64,000 bases of DNA from NCBI GenBank assembly GCA_038897215.1, contig JAWAWX010000001.1:1095525-1159524 (forward strand), written 5' to 3'. The translations under genes and the position numbers were made by a program. The DNA is from Acidilobaceae archaeon (lineage in GTDB: Archaea; Thermoproteota; Thermoprotei_A; Sulfolobales; Acidilobaceae). Positions 36,288-46,667 of the stretch are shown here, one piece after another (position 1 is the first letter of the stretch; the number at the start of each line of letters is the position of its first letter). Under the pieces are notes generated by a model. That model did no database searches. It was given only the letters and a program-made list of their open reading frames with translations, and was not told the origin of the DNA.

Positions 36288-37903
36288 GAGTCTACCCCCA
36301 CTTTGAGTAGCTCAAGGTAGTAGTTTAGGTATTCTCTGAAAGCAGACGCGTATACCTCGTAGTCAACGAATCCTTCAGCGGCTCTAATCAAGACTTCTTC
36401 AAAGCCTAGAGGCAGTAGTAGAGGTAGCACCAGGATTAGAGTGGAGAGAGCTAGCAGAGCGATAGCTGGCTCTGCTCTAGTAGACTCTACGCGAGAACCG
36501 GGCCCAGATAGCATCGACGTGACTAGCTTGAAGTAACCCATAGCCGACACAGCGGAGACAGCTATAAGCGCTATAGCCAGAATCTCAGACCCCCCCTCTA
36601 TGAACGCGCGGTACATCAGTAGTTTGCTGAAAAAGCCTGCTGTGAAGGGGACTCCTAGAAGACTTAGAGAACCGACTACTACGGAGAACCCCACTATCGG
36701 TGCTTCTCTACCATATCCTGCTAGAGCATCGAGGTCTCTAGACCCTCTTGCTCTCTCAGCAACCCCCACGGCTAGGAATAGCAGAGACTTGCCTAGAGAG
36801 TGTGTTATCATGTGGAAGAAGACAGCGGCCACGCACAAGACTCGAGTCTCACCACTCGAGAGAGCGGCGAATCCTAGAGCAACATACATGAGCCCGATGT
36901 GGCTCACAGTGCTGTAGGCTAGAAGCCTCTTAGAGTCTCTCTGAACAGCCATCATGAGAGCTCCCAGTAGAGCCGATGCGACTCCCAGAGTGACCAGAGA
37001 TAAGCCGAATACTCTCAAAAGCCCCAGCTCTTCTACTACTGAGCCTTCTCCGAACATGGTCAGCAAGAACCTCGCGGTAGCGTACACGCCTATATTCACT
37101 ACGAGCCCCGAGAGAGCAGCCGAGACGGGTGCTGGAGCCTCTGGGTGCGCGTCGATCAGCCAGAAGTGGTTCGGAGCGAGAGCAGACTTGAAAGTGAAGC
37201 TCCAGAGAGCTAGCGCTAGAGCTATCGCTGAAGCAACGGCTATAGCTCCGTAAACCTCCGTGAAGTACGTCGCGAAACCCGCATCTCTAGATTTCAAAGC
37301 TATATCAGCCATGGTTAGCGAGCCGTACGAAGCGTAGATCGTGACCACTGAGAGGAAGTACAGGGTTGTGGCTAGAGCCCCCAGTATACCGTACTTCAAC
37401 GCTGCCTCCACTGCTTCTCTCCTCTCTCTATGGAACGCTACTAGAGCATAGGCGGAGACAGCTGTCACCTCAATCATGACGAAGAGGTTGAAGATGTCTC
37501 CAGTGTGGAGAGAGCCTAGGAGCCCGGCGGAGAGCCCTAGGAAGAGCACGTAGAAAAGCACTGTCGCTCTCTCCCCGCCTCCAGCGTACCAGATCGAGTA
37601 GACTCCTATGGCTAGAATCGTCAGTGAGGAGAAGAATATGAGTAGAGCCCCCGCTAGGTCTATGTAGTAGATGATGCCTAGAGATGGGGGCCAGCCGCCG
37701 AACGGGTAGACGAGAGTAACCCCTTCCCCCAGACTGGCGTCGAGCTGGAGCACGGCTATAGCTAAGCAGAGCAGGAGAGAGAAGGCGAAGAGCGCGCTGA
37801 CAAGCCTACCGCTACGAGTAGCGAGCCAGAGGATCGGTAGAGTGAAAGCTATGGAGGCGAGCATCCAGGGGATTATTCCAGCTATTATGCTCACGTAGTA
37901 CAC
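36284..37903 (-). CDS. MrpD/MbhH-like proton-conducting antiporter subunit
   Basis: GGWPP..GI, GDIFNLFV.IE, EAALKY, HFWL.DAHPEAPAPVSA, KRLLAYS. Confidence 0.93.
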   Translation of the reverse strand: MYYVSIIAGIIPWMLASIAFTLPILWLATRSGRLVSALFAFSLLLCLAIAVLQLDASLGEGVTLVYPFGGWPPSLGIIYYIDLAGALLIFFSSLTILAIGVYSIWYAGGGERATVLFYVLFLGLSAGLLGSLHTGDIFNLFVMIEVTAVSAYALVAFHRERREAVEAALKYGILGALATTLYFLSVVTIYASYGSLTMADIALKSRDAGFATYFTEVYGAIAVASAIALALALWSFTFKSALAPNHFWLIDAHPEAPAPVSAALSGLVVNIGVYATARFLLTMFGEGSVVEELGLLRVFGLSLVTLGVASALLGALMMAVQRDSKRLLAYSTVSHIGLMYVALGFAALSSGETRVLCVAAVFFHMITHSLGKSLLFLAVGVAERARGSRDLDALAGYGREAPIVGFSVVVGSLSLLGVPFTAGFFSKLLMYRAFIEGGSEILAIALIAVSAVSAMGYFKLVTSMLSGPGSRVESTRAEPAIALLALSTLILVLPLLLPLGFEEVLIRAAEGFVDYEVYASAFREYLNYYLELLKVGVDS

Positions 37904-37913
37904 TCGACACCAC

Positions 37914-38429
37914 CTACTCGAATATCCTCTTAGCGAATCTCTCGAAGGGGAGGGAGATAGACTCCCTGACGGCTCTCGGCTCCAGAGTCTTCACGTCTAT
38001 CCAGTGCACGTAGAACTCTCTCCTGCTCTTGTCAGCGTATAATGTCAAGGTCCCCGGAGTATTCGTTATCGAACTCGCGACCATTAAGAGCGAGTAGTCT
38101 GAGGAGAGCTCAGTGCTGACTCTCACTATGCCCGGGTTTAGAGGCATCGAGGGGCTGAGGATCCTCTTCACCAAGTCTAGGTGAGCTCTGCTCTCGTAGA
38201 GGACCGAGTAGACAGCTATGAAGACAGCAAGCCACATGTATCTAGATGGCTGGAACAGCTTCCTATCATCTCTCACCAAGACTCTATAGTATAACGCGGA
38301 GAAAACCAGAGAAGCTAGAGCCCCATAGGCCAGCGTCAGCCTGGAAGCGTCTCCGGCTACGGCTACGAACACGAGTGTCAGCGCGAGAGCCAGTAGGAGG
38401 GAGCCCGCTACTCTCAGTAGCAACTTCAC
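37914..38429 (-). CDS. MrpE/MbhA-like subunit
   Basis: NPGIV, SITNTPGTLT, YVHWI. Confidence 0.92.
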   Translation of the reverse strand: MKLLLRVAGSLLLALALTLVFVAVAGDASRLTLAYGALASLVFSALYYRVLVRDDRKLFQPSRYMWLAVFIAVYSVLYESRAHLDLVKRILSPSMPLNPGIVRVSTELSSDYSLLMVASSITNTPGTLTLYADKSRREFYVHWIDVKTLEPRAVRESISLPFERFAKRIFE

Positions 38430-38833
38430 CCCCTCAGCCTAGAGATCTTGCGGACGTCCGTAGTCCCGTAGAGCCTGTATGCTATGAGTATCAGAGAGGC
38501 TATGACTAAGTATATGGCGAGCCCTATCACTATAGCGGTTAGAACTAGAGCTTGGGGGACCGGGTCTACGAGCACTCTAGAGGGGGGAGCGGGCTCTCCT
38601 AGCGGGCTCTCAACGATTATAGGAGGTCTTGCGAGAGGCTCTGCGAGCCTATAGCCTACGAGGATCGCCACCATGTTAGCGCTATCCCCCAGGATTACGA
38701 GAGCTATGAGTCTCTTGACTAGGCTCGGCGCTAGTAGAATGCCGTAGATGGATATAGCTACATTGACTACCACGAGTACAGCTATTAGAGCGAAGAGCAT
38801 AGCCTCAAGTGTTGCCTCGTTCACTCTCGCCAC
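38426..38833 (-). CDS. MrpC/MbhG-like subunit
   Basis: VDPVPQALVLTAIVIG. Confidence 0.92.
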   Translation of the reverse strand: MARVNEATLEAMLFALIAVLVVVNVAISIYGILLAPSLVKRLIALVILGDSANMVAILVGYRLAEPLARPPIIVESPLGEPAPPSRVLVDPVPQALVLTAIVIGLAIYLVIASLILIAYRLYGTTDVRKISRLRG

Positions 38834-39923
38834 CCGAGCTCTCGCCAGTCTCTTCTCGAGAAGTGCTGTAGTACACGAGGAGAACGAGAGCTAGCAGGAG
38901 GCTCGAGAGCACCAGTATGGACTCTGAAGCCTCTAAGAGCAGGATAGAGCCGCCGGTAAGCTCTCCCAGAATCTCGCTAGGGAACCCTACAGGAGACACG
39001 GCCTTAGGCTGGTTCTGGAGTAGGAAAGCAATACTGCCACTCAAGAAGCCTAAGACTAGAGGAGTAACGGAGACTAGAGAGAGTAGCACGGCTCCGAGAC
39101 ACGCTAGAGCTAGGAGAGCGTAAAGTCTTCTAGCTGGATGTTGCTCACCGAGACTTAGCCTAGAGACGACAATAGAGACGGCGATAATCCCGGCTATCGC
39201 TGAGCCTCCGGGAAAGCCTCCTCCAGGATGGCTTGCTAGCACTATAGCGAAGGCGGAGACTAGAGCGAGCGGTAGTAGCTTGGATACGGTTACGGCTATG
39301 GGCGAGGCTCTTCGAGCACGATTCGCTACTCTCTGCTCTCGACGCTTTTCCTCCATCAGCAGTAAAGCCACGGAGATTGCTGCTAGGAATAGAACCACTG
39401 ACTCGAAGAAGGTATCGACCCCCCTATAGTCCCACACGACTGCAGTCACTACGTCGACGGAGTATGTTGCAAGATAGGCTATAGAGTCGGGCAACGCGGG
39501 GATAGCGTTATCAGCGATCACCTTAGCTAGCTTACGTAGCTCGATGGACGGCAGGCTCTCTCCAAACCATCCTCCTCCGAGCACGAGTAGAACTCCAGTA
39601 GCTACTGTTAGAGAAACCAGCAGAACACCGATGGCGACCCCCCGGCTCTCGAGCCCAGCCTCAGCCTCGTACCTCTCGGTCTTCATGACTAGAGTGACCA
39701 GCATTATAGTCGTTAGCGCTACCGATACAGGCACGTAGACGATCAGGATGGAGGGCGCCATCAGCACAAATAATAGCATAGCGTAGAACAGGCTGACGAC
39801 GCCGCTCGCTATAGCGGCTTTCAGCAAGTCTCTAGAGGCGATCGCGTAAAGGCAAGCCACAGTAGACCCAGCTGCAGCAACAGCTCCGACAGCTAGGAGC
39901 AATAGCTCGGAACTCACACTCAC
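38805..39923 (-). CDS. Fused DUF4040 + MrpB (MbhD/E/F-like) subunit
   Basis: RDLLKAAI...AP, VVTAVVWDYRGVDT..E, HPGGGFPGG. Confidence 0.85.
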   Translation of the reverse strand: MSVSSELLLLAVGAVAAAGSTVACLYAIASRDLLKAAIASGVVSLFYAMLLFVLMAPSILIVYVPVSVALTTIMLVTLVMKTERYEAEAGLESRGVAIGVLLVSLTVATGVLLVLGGGWFGESLPSIELRKLAKVIADNAIPALPDSIAYLATYSVDVVTAVVWDYRGVDTFFESVVLFLAAISVALLLMEEKRREQRVANRARRASPIAVTVSKLLPLALVSAFAIVLASHPGGGFPGGSAIAGIIAVSIVVSRLSLGEQHPARRLYALLALACLGAVLLSLVSVTPLVLGFLSGSIAFLLQNQPKAVSPVGFPSEILGELTGGSILLLEASESILVLSSLLLALVLLVYYSTSREETGESSGGESERGNT

Positions 39924-40294
39924 TCTCCCTCTTCGAGCCTCTCTCGCAACTCGTCAACTACGAGTCTTCGAGGAGATACTTCTCCACTCACATAACTCGC
40001 TCTCGCCAGCACGTGAGATCCCGTCGATGCGGTCACGAAGAGAGCTATGGCTATAAGCCAGCACCTGATAGCGTTAACTAAAGCCTCCTCAGTCAGCCCT
40101 AGAGACCCTACGATGACAAGGACGGAGCCCACGGCTACGGCTAGCAGAGACCCTCCCATCGAGCTCAATGTGGCAGCGTGTAGTCTCACGTAGAAATCAG
40201 GGAGTCTCAGCATGCCCACAGCTGATACCAGCTGGATCGCCGCGCTAGCTAGGACTACGAGAGAGCCTGCTAGAGCGAGCATCTCCGAAGGCAA
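39920..40294 (-). CDS. MrpG/MbhC-like subunit
   Basis: G.LRLPDFYVRLHAAT, SHVLARA. Confidence 0.9.
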   Translation of the reverse strand: MPSEMLALAGSLVVLASAAIQLVSAVGMLRLPDFYVRLHAATLSSMGGSLLAVAVGSVLVIVGSLGLTEEALVNAIRCWLIAIALFVTASTGSHVLARASYVSGEVSPRRLVVDELRERLEEGE

Positions 40295-40296
40295 CC

Positions 40297-40560
40297 CTAC
40301 CCACCTCTCTCCTCCAGGTACCTAGCTACGGCTGCGTCTAGGACGAACACGAAGACGGCTACGAGGAAGGCTATGTGGAGAAAGAACCAGTACCTGTACA
40401 TCACTGAGAGAGACACGAGTAGCGCTATGAAAGCGTAGCTGATGCAATCCACGGCCAGAACTCTGTCGGGCAGAGAAGGGCCTCTTAGAGCTCGATAGCT
40501 GTGAAGCAGAGCAGACAACAGGTAAACGAGAATCGCTACTCCCAAGAGTTGCTCCCACAC
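40297..40560 (-). CDS. MrpF/MbhB-like subunit
   Basis: R...GPSLPDRVLAVD, ARYLE; start set to GTG 40560 just after the upstream stop. Confidence 0.88.
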   Translation of the reverse strand: MWEQLLGVAILVYLLSALLHSYRALRGPSLPDRVLAVDCISYAFIALLVSLSVMYRYWFFLHIAFLVAVFVFVLDAAVARYLEERGG

Positions 40561-40561
40561 G

Positions 40562-40960
40562 CTAAGACCCGCCCCCGCTTTCTCTGAGTGTAGAGATGCT
40601 GAGCTCTCTAGAGGAAGCCTCGCCACCCCCTAGAGAGAATACTCTGTACTCGCTAGTCACCACGAAAGCGCCGACAGGGCAGACTCTCACGCATCTATGG
40701 CAGAACACGCAAGAGGAGTACCTTACGACCGGGAAGACCCCTCTCCTGTTCTGCGGTAGCTGAACACCGGGGGGTAGTGTCACCATGCTTATACACTGAG
40801 AGGGGCAGTTTATCATGCAGAGAGCGCACCCTACGCATCTCTTCAGGCTAGCGTAGTGTACTCCTCGGTAGTCGGACTCCACGGAGGCCTGTACTCTTGG
40901 GTACTCTATAGTCGAGGGTCTTCTGAGAAGCGACTTCATGACCTCAGCTAGCAGGCTCAA
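40562..40960 (-). CDS. 2x[4Fe-4S] subunit, NuoI/MbhN-like
   Basis: T.EYP...RG, CVGCALC...CP, CVFCHRC...CP. Confidence 0.93.
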   Translation of the reverse strand: MSLLAEVMKSLLRRPSTIEYPRVQASVESDYRGVHYASLKRCVGCALCMINCPSQCISMVTLPPGVQLPQNRRGVFPVVRYSSCVFCHRCVRVCPVGAFVVTSEYRVFSLGGGEASSRELSISTLRESGGGS

Positions 40961-42150
40961 AGCCCCGCCCCCCTCTCTGCGAGCTCTCTAAGCTTGACTA
41001 CTCTAGTCTCCCCTCTCTTCTTGACGATAGCTCTATCCATGCAGGAAATGCATGGGTCGAAGCTAGCTAGGATCGCAGGGACGTCTGCTAGAGTATGACC
41101 CACGTATACGAAGGACCCGTTTACTACGTTGTTGAGACTAGGCGTTCTCACCTTGACCCTGTAGGGCTTAGCTGCACCGCTCCCCACCACGTAGTAGGTG
41201 AGCTCTCCTCTAGGAGCCTCGACTCTAGCGTAGGCCTCGCCCTGGGGTATCGATGGGGGGAGCCTCCTCTCATCCACTACAGCACTTCCTTGAGGTAGCT
41301 TGCTGAGGACTTGTCTGCAGAGCTCAACAGACACGAGAGCCTCCTCTAGCCTGACCAGCATTCTGGCTAGAGCGTCTCCCTCTTCTCTAGCCACTATCTC
41401 GAAATCTAGCTCGCTGTAGGCTTCGTAGAGCTCCTCTGCTCTCGAGTCGCTCTTAACTCCACTGCCTCTAAGCACGGGCCCTACGAGCGATGCTCTCAGA
41501 GCACTACTCGGCTTTATCCTGCCCACGTCGGCTAGCCTGCGGAGTATCACGGCGTCTTCCTGGTATACTCTAAGATAGCTTCTCAGGCTGGCTTCGATTC
41601 TGTCTAGTAGCTTCAGGATTCTCTCCTTCTTCACGTCATCTATATCCCGCCTGACGCCCCCGATCATCATGTAGTCAGCGTGAACCCTGCCTCCCGTCAG
41701 TATCTCCTTAGCCTTCATGACCAGCTCTCTGTCTCTCATAATGTACATGAATAGAGTATCGAAGCCTATGAGCTCAGCCGCTACAGCCGCTATGAGCATA
41801 TGGCTGTGAATTCTCTCCAACTCCATAGCCAAGACTCTAAGATACTTGGCTCTAGGCGGGGGCTCTATACCCATGAGCTCTTCCAGAGCTCTAATAAAAC
41901 AGTCGGAGTGCACGGCGTTACATATACCGCAGATCCTCGAGGCTACGAATATCCCCTTCTGGTACGGGACGCTTTCGAGAAGCTTCTCTACACCTCTATG
42001 GTTGTAGCCTGTGTTGACTTCAACTCTAGATACTACCTCTCCATCAGCGTAGATCCTGAGTAGTACTGGCTCGTGGAGAGCGGGATGCTGAGGCCCTACG
42101 GGTAGCTCTAGGGTCACCGGGATCTCGAGTATGGTCTCAGTCACTGCCAC
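40957..42150 (-). CDS. Group 4 [NiFe]-hydrogenase large subunit (MbhL-like)
   Basis: GPQHP..HEP, HRGVEK, Ni-binding RICGIC and DPCISC, followed by a cleavable C-terminal extension. Confidence 0.93.
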   Translation of the reverse strand: MAVTETILEIPVTLELPVGPQHPALHEPVLLRIYADGEVVSRVEVNTGYNHRGVEKLLESVPYQKGIFVASRICGICNAVHSDCFIRALEELMGIEPPPRAKYLRVLAMELERIHSHMLIAAVAAELIGFDTLFMYIMRDRELVMKAKEILTGGRVHADYMMIGGVRRDIDDVKKERILKLLDRIEASLRSYLRVYQEDAVILRRLADVGRIKPSSALRASLVGPVLRGSGVKSDSRAEELYEAYSELDFEIVAREEGDALARMLVRLEEALVSVELCRQVLSKLPQGSAVVDERRLPPSIPQGEAYARVEAPRGELTYYVVGSGAAKPYRVKVRTPSLNNVVNGSFVYVGHTLADVPAILASFDPCISCMDRAIVKKRGETRVVKLRELAERGAGL

Positions 42151-42585
42151 CTACCTCTTCCTCAGAGGGTACTCGTTTCTCTCCACGAGCTCTTCTGGGA
42201 CGAAAGCTCCTCTCTTAAGGTAGGGGTTGCCTTCGAACACTACTCCTACGAGGTCGTGAGTCTCGATCTCGCCTGAATGCATTCCCGTAAACTCGACTAG
42301 AGAAGGTACTCGTGGGTCGCTTCTCTCAAGCCTACACCTTAAGACTATTACAACCCTCTCCGACAGTATATTGATGAAATAGTTGACCTCTATCACGTTC
42401 TCTTCAGGCTTATCAGTAGCAGCTATTGTCGAGAGGTAGATGTTCTCTGAGCCGAAGAACTCGAGTAGCCTCCTGTAAGCCTCCCTCAAGTCTCCTGGCT
42501 TAACCAGATAAACCGGTCTCCTAGGCTTGACTTCCCCTACTCTGATAGCGAGACCTGAAAGGACTCTATCGACATTGCTGACCAT
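42151..42585 (-). CDS. NuoC/MbhK-like subunit
   Basis: VPSL...EIETHDLVGVVFEGNP...YPLRK. Confidence 0.9.
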   Translation of the reverse strand: MVSNVDRVLSGLAIRVGEVKPRRPVYLVKPGDLREAYRRLLEFFGSENIYLSTIAATDKPEENVIEVNYFINILSERVVIVLRCRLERSDPRVPSLVEFTGMHSGEIETHDLVGVVFEGNPYLKRGAFVPEELVERNEYPLRKR

Positions 42586-42599
42586 GACTCCAGCACCTC

Positions 42600-43025
42600 C
42601 TACAAAGCTTCGAGAAGCTTGAGGATCCCGTGGATTATGGCCTCCGGTCTGGGAGGACAGCCGGCTATATACAAGTCTACAGGCACCACTTTATCCAGCC
42701 TCTCGACTAGCGAGTACGAGTTCTTGAAGACCCCTCCGTCGAACGCGCAAGCTCCAACAGCGACTACGAACTTAGGGCTAGGCATCTCATCGTAGATCCT
42801 CTTGAGTCTTATAGCAGCACGCTTGGTAACAGCTCCCGTTACCAGGAGTATGTCAGCATGCCTAATGGAGGGAGCTAGCTTTAACCCGAACCTTTCAGGG
42901 TCGTAGAGAGGACAGAGTGAGGCTAGAACCTCTATGTCGCAGCCATTGCAAGCACCAGTGTTAAAGTGAGATATCCACGGAGAGAACTTTATTAGCCGTA
43001 AGCTCCTCCGGCTTCTATTCATCAA
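42600..43025 (-). CDS. Hydrogenase small subunit, NuoB/MbhJ-like
   Basis: GACNGCDIE, ERFG, VGAC, GCPPRPE. Confidence 0.93.
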   Translation of the reverse strand: MMNRSRRSLRLIKFSPWISHFNTGACNGCDIEVLASLCPLYDPERFGLKLAPSIRHADILLVTGAVTKRAAIRLKRIYDEMPSPKFVVAVGACAFDGGVFKNSYSLVERLDKVVPVDLYIAGCPPRPEAIIHGILKLLEAL

Positions 43026-43174
43026 AACCTACTCCCTCCATCTTTCTTCATAGAACAATCCTATTATTACTTACTATTTACTGATTTAAGGTCTAGAATC
43101 TCTACAGTTTTCACAGCTCTGAGGTAGAGAGCGCATATGGAGTAATAGCGGGTCTCTAGAGGTGCGATGGCTTA

Positions 43175-43888
43175 TTGAAGTCTAAGGGGTTAGTTGTGAG
43201 GAAGCTCTTTGACGACCTGGCTCATAGATACGATCTAGCTAACATAGCGATAAGCTTGGGCTTCTCCGAGGTGTGGAGGAGAAAGGCGCTGAACTTCTGC
43301 AACACGAATAGTGAGAGAGCTCTCATTCTAGACCTCTGCTCCGGTACCGGCGCTTTCTCTTTCACGGCTCTAGACAAGTCTAGAGACTCGCTTCTGGTAG
43401 TAGGGGTAGACTTATCGCGAAAGATGACCTCCATAGCTGTAGAGCGCGCTAAGAGGAGGGGGCTGAGTGATAGAGTTTTATTCATAGAGGGTGATGCCTT
43501 GAATCTACCTCTAGGGAGCGACCTCTTCGACTGTGTTCTCACAGCATTCTGTCTCAGGAACGTTGAGAGTCTAGAGGCTTTCTTCGAGGAGTCTTATAGA
43601 GTCTTGAGACGCGGAGGGGTCTTCGTAGCTCTAGACTTATCGATACCCTCCAGCCCCCTTGTTCGCTACATCTACGAGAAGTATTTGAAGTTCTTCGTGA
43701 GCCCCGTGGGTAGCATGATTGCCGGGAAGCCTCTCCACTACTACTACTATATAGCGGAATCTCTCAGAGACTTCCCGGATAAGCGTCAGCTAGCTATGCT
43801 TATCGCAAAAGCAGGCTTCGCTAGAGTCAGATACTACGAGCTCAGCCTGGGCGCTATCTCTGTCCATGTGGGGGAAAAGCTAGGCTGA
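43175..43888 (+). CDS. UbiE/MenG-family quinone C-methyltransferase
   Basis: F...A.RYD..N..IS.G...[27 protein letters not shown]...FP. Confidence 0.88.
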   Translation: MKSKGLVVRKLFDDLAHRYDLANIAISLGFSEVWRRKALNFCNTNSERALILDLCSGTGAFSFTALDKSRDSLLVVGVDLSRKMTSIAVERAKRRGLSDRVLFIEGDALNLPLGSDLFDCVLTAFCLRNVESLEAFFEESYRVLRRGGVFVALDLSIPSSPLVRYIYEKYLKFFVSPVGSMIAGKPLHYYYYIAESLRDFPDKRQLAMLIAKAGFARVRYYELSLGAISVHVGEKLG

Positions 43889-45190
43889 GAGAAGGTCGAG
43901 TAGCGTTAGGACTGCTCCCGCCTCCTTCTCGCTGAAGCAGTAGTGGACTCTCGTGTACCCGCTTCTGAACTCCTCTACTTCTCTCGCTAGCACACGTGGG
44001 TCCTCGTTCTTCACCAGCGCTCTGTGCATGAGCTCCGCTATGTATTTCATCTCGCTTCTACTCATACCCAGTCTTGTGACCTCCTGTGTCCCAAGCCTGA
44101 TCCCGCTGGGGTTTCTGACAGCTTCAGGAGGGTCCCATGGAAGTAGATTCTTGTTCACTATGATGCCAACTTCTTCGAGCCTCTTAGCTACATAGTCTCC
44201 TCCACCGAGTGGCCTCACGTCGACGAGCACCTGGTGGCTTTGAGTGTAGCCGAGATGCTCTCCGAGCACTCTGAACCCTAGGCTTGAGAGCTCTCGCGCT
44301 AGAGTCTTCGCGTTCTCTACGATAGCTCTAGCGTAGTCCTCCCCATAAGCTTTCATCTCGAGAGCCGTCACTAGAGTAGCAGGTATTCTGTGGAGATGGT
44401 GGTTGCTCACAAACCAGGGGAATATGGTTTTAGATACAGTCTTGTGGAGCTCCTCATCTGTGAAAGCGACTACACCTCCCTGAGGCCCGGGGAAGGTCTT
44501 GTGCGTTGATGCTGTGAGAGCATCAGCACCGACTCTAAGAGGGTTTCTCCACACACCACCCACTATGAGGCCTAGAACGTGTGCAGCATCGTAGACAAGC
44601 CTGCCTCCCACACTGTGAACAGCGCTCGCGAGCTCCTCTACTGGGTGGGGGAAGAGGTAGACGCTACCACCCAGCACTACGAACTTAGGCTTCTCGGTCT
44701 CTACTATCTTCACGGCTTTATCTACATCTATATTCATGCGTTCTTCATCGTAGGGGAGCTCTACCTGCTCTATGCCTAGAGCTCCCAGAGTGCCGAACTT
44801 AGTATGGCTGACGTGAGCACCTGCTTGGACTGGAGCGATGGCGGCCTTGTCTCCAGGCTTTGCGAGAGCTCTGAATACAGCAGCGTTGGCTATGGTTCCA
44901 CTAACGGGTCTTAGGTCTACCATGGGGGTGCCGAGGAGCTCTCCCATGACCTTCTCGGCTAGCGATTCAAGCTCATCGATGTACCGCGTGCCCTGATAGT
45001 ATCTCTTGAAGGGTCTGCCTTCAGCATATCTGTTCATAAAATCGCTAATGTAAACCTTGAGAGCTAGAGGGCTCATAATGTTCTCTGAAGCTATCAAGTT
45101 AAGGCTTCTCTTCGCTCTCCACACGTTAGCCTCACTAGTTAGCTCTAGAACCTTCCTCAATAAGGAGAGCGCGTGCTCTCTCGTATCCAC
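43880..45190 (-). CDS. glyA: Serine hydroxymethyltransferase
   Basis: [38 protein letters not shown]. Confidence 0.96.
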   Translation of the reverse strand: MDTREHALSLLRKVLELTSEANVWRAKRSLNLIASENIMSPLALKVYISDFMNRYAEGRPFKRYYQGTRYIDELESLAEKVMGELLGTPMVDLRPVSGTIANAAVFRALAKPGDKAAIAPVQAGAHVSHTKFGTLGALGIEQVELPYDEERMNIDVDKAVKIVETEKPKFVVLGGSVYLFPHPVEELASAVHSVGGRLVYDAAHVLGLIVGGVWRNPLRVGADALTASTHKTFPGPQGGVVAFTDEELHKTVSKTIFPWFVSNHHLHRIPATLVTALEMKAYGEDYARAIVENAKTLARELSSLGFRVLGEHLGYTQSHQVLVDVRPLGGGDYVAKRLEEVGIIVNKNLLPWDPPEAVRNPSGIRLGTQEVTRLGMSRSEMKYIAELMHRALVKNEDPRVLAREVEEFRSGYTRVHYCFSEKEAGAVLTLLDLLSA

Positions 45191-45319
45191 GACCGTCTTC
45201 CCAGCTAGGAGCCCCGCGATTCCGGAGCTTAAATCTCCTCAGCCCCCCCACTTCAGAGTAATACCGAGAAGACTCTCGAAAACACTCTTCTAGCAAGGCT
45301 CTACGGGAGGTGGACGCTT

Positions 45320-45673
45320 ATCAGGGTCACGGTATTCGCTGATATGGTCTCCGAGTGTAGCGAGCTACCACTGAGACTCTTCGGTCTCATTACTAGACTG
45401 AGAGAAGCCTACGGTATCAACGTCTATCTAGAAGTTGTCGACAGAGGGCTCCTCTTCGGAGCCTCTAGCTCGCAAGCCGTGGTCTCTGCGGGGAGCCAGT
45501 ATGTTATCCTCGAGTGTAGTGAGCTAAGCGACTCGACCTTAGAGAGCATAGAGGTAGAGATTCTCCGAGCAATAGCGGCTCCACACTTAGCCTCAGAAGC
45601 CTACGAGGACTCGGTATCGCTAGCTGGGAGAAGCAGGCCGCACCTCGAGAGTGCTGTCGAAGTCGGAGACTAG
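45320..45673 (+). CDS. Hypothetical protein; probable ATC start
   Basis: ORF track gives 45344. SD GGAGGTGG at 45306-13 is positioned for the in-frame ATC at 45320. Confidence 0.6.
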   Translation: MRVTVFADMVSECSELPLRLFGLITRLREAYGINVYLEVVDRGLLFGASSSQAVVSAGSQYVILECSELSDSTLESIEVEILRAIAAPHLASEAYEDSVSLAGRSRPHLESAVEVGD

Positions 45674-45721
45674 AGAAAGAATTAAGCTCCGCTGGAGCCA
45701 ATACATCTAGCTAGGCGGCTA

Positions 45722-45809
45722 GCGGGGGTGCCCGAGCCAGGCCAAAGGGGGCGGGCTTAAGACCCGTTGGCGTAGGCCTGCGTGGGTTCGAATCCCACCC
45801 CCCGCACCA
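45722..45809 (+). tRNA. tRNA-Leu(TAA), no intron, CCA encoded
   Basis: GCGGGGG/CCCCCGC stem, GCGGG-CTTAAGA-CCCGT, long variable arm, GGTTCGAATCC. Confidence 0.96.
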
Positions 45810-45820
45810 TGACCGACTAG

Positions 45821-46609
45821 CTATGTTAGACTATAGCCTCCATCGATGGGGATTAGAGCTCCCGTGATAAACGAGGCTCTCTCCGAGGCTAGGAATGCTA
45901 TCAGGTACGCTACCTCCTCCGGGCTACCTAGTCTCCCAGCGGGTATCCTAGCGGCTAGATTGCTTAGAACGAGTTCCGGCCTAGTGCCTAGTCTTCTAGC
46001 CTCAGCTTCGGCTAGCTCTCTCACTCTATCGGTTAGTATGTATGAGGGTAGGACAGCGTTGACAGTGATGTTGTGCTGAGCTAGCTCTAAAGCAAGCTCT
46101 CTCACAATGCCGGCGATAGGCAGTCTTAGCACGTTGCTGGTAGCCAGGTTCCTTATGGGCTTCAGGAGCGTGATAGAAGCGATGAACACTATCCTGCCCC
46201 ACTTCCTCCTCATCATGAGTCTCGATGCCTCACGAGAAGCCACGATAGCGCTTGAGACAAGGAGTCTGTAGGTATAGTCCCACTCCTCATCTGAGATATC
46301 GAAGAATCCCCCTGGTCGGGGGCCTCCTGTGCTGTAGACTAGGATGTGGAGCTCTCCGAATTCTCTCTCAACGTATTTGAAGAGCTCTATCAAGTCGTCT
46401 CTTCTAGTTAAGTCTCCTGAGAACACTTCAACGCGAGCATTGCCTCGCACTGTTTTCAGGAGAGCTCTAGCCTGCTCTAGTCTCTCCACGCTTCTCGCGA
46501 ACAAGACTACATCAGCACCCTCCTCGACTAGAACTTTCGCAGAGGCTAGCCCCAGTCCTCTACTGCCTCCAGTAACGACCGCCAGCTTGCCGGCTAGCCC
46601 TAAATCCAA
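45821..46609 (-). CDS. SDR-family oxidoreductase
   Basis: TGGSRGLG, GGPRPG, S...SNVLR (atypical active site), IP.GRLG.PEE, IDGG. Confidence 0.9.
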   Translation of the reverse strand: MDLGLAGKLAVVTGGSRGLGLASAKVLVEEGADVVLFARSVERLEQARALLKTVRGNARVEVFSGDLTRRDDLIELFKYVEREFGELHILVYSTGGPRPGGFFDISDEEWDYTYRLLVSSAIVASREASRLMMRRKWGRIVFIASITLLKPIRNLATSNVLRLPIAGIVRELALELAQHNITVNAVLPSYILTDRVRELAEAEARRLGTRPELVLSNLAARIPAGRLGSPEEVAYLIAFLASERASFITGALIPIDGGYSLT

Positions 46610-46667
46610 TAGGGGTCACTCGTGGCTACCGTGAGGAGATGAGTAGCTATAAATCTAACAGTATACT

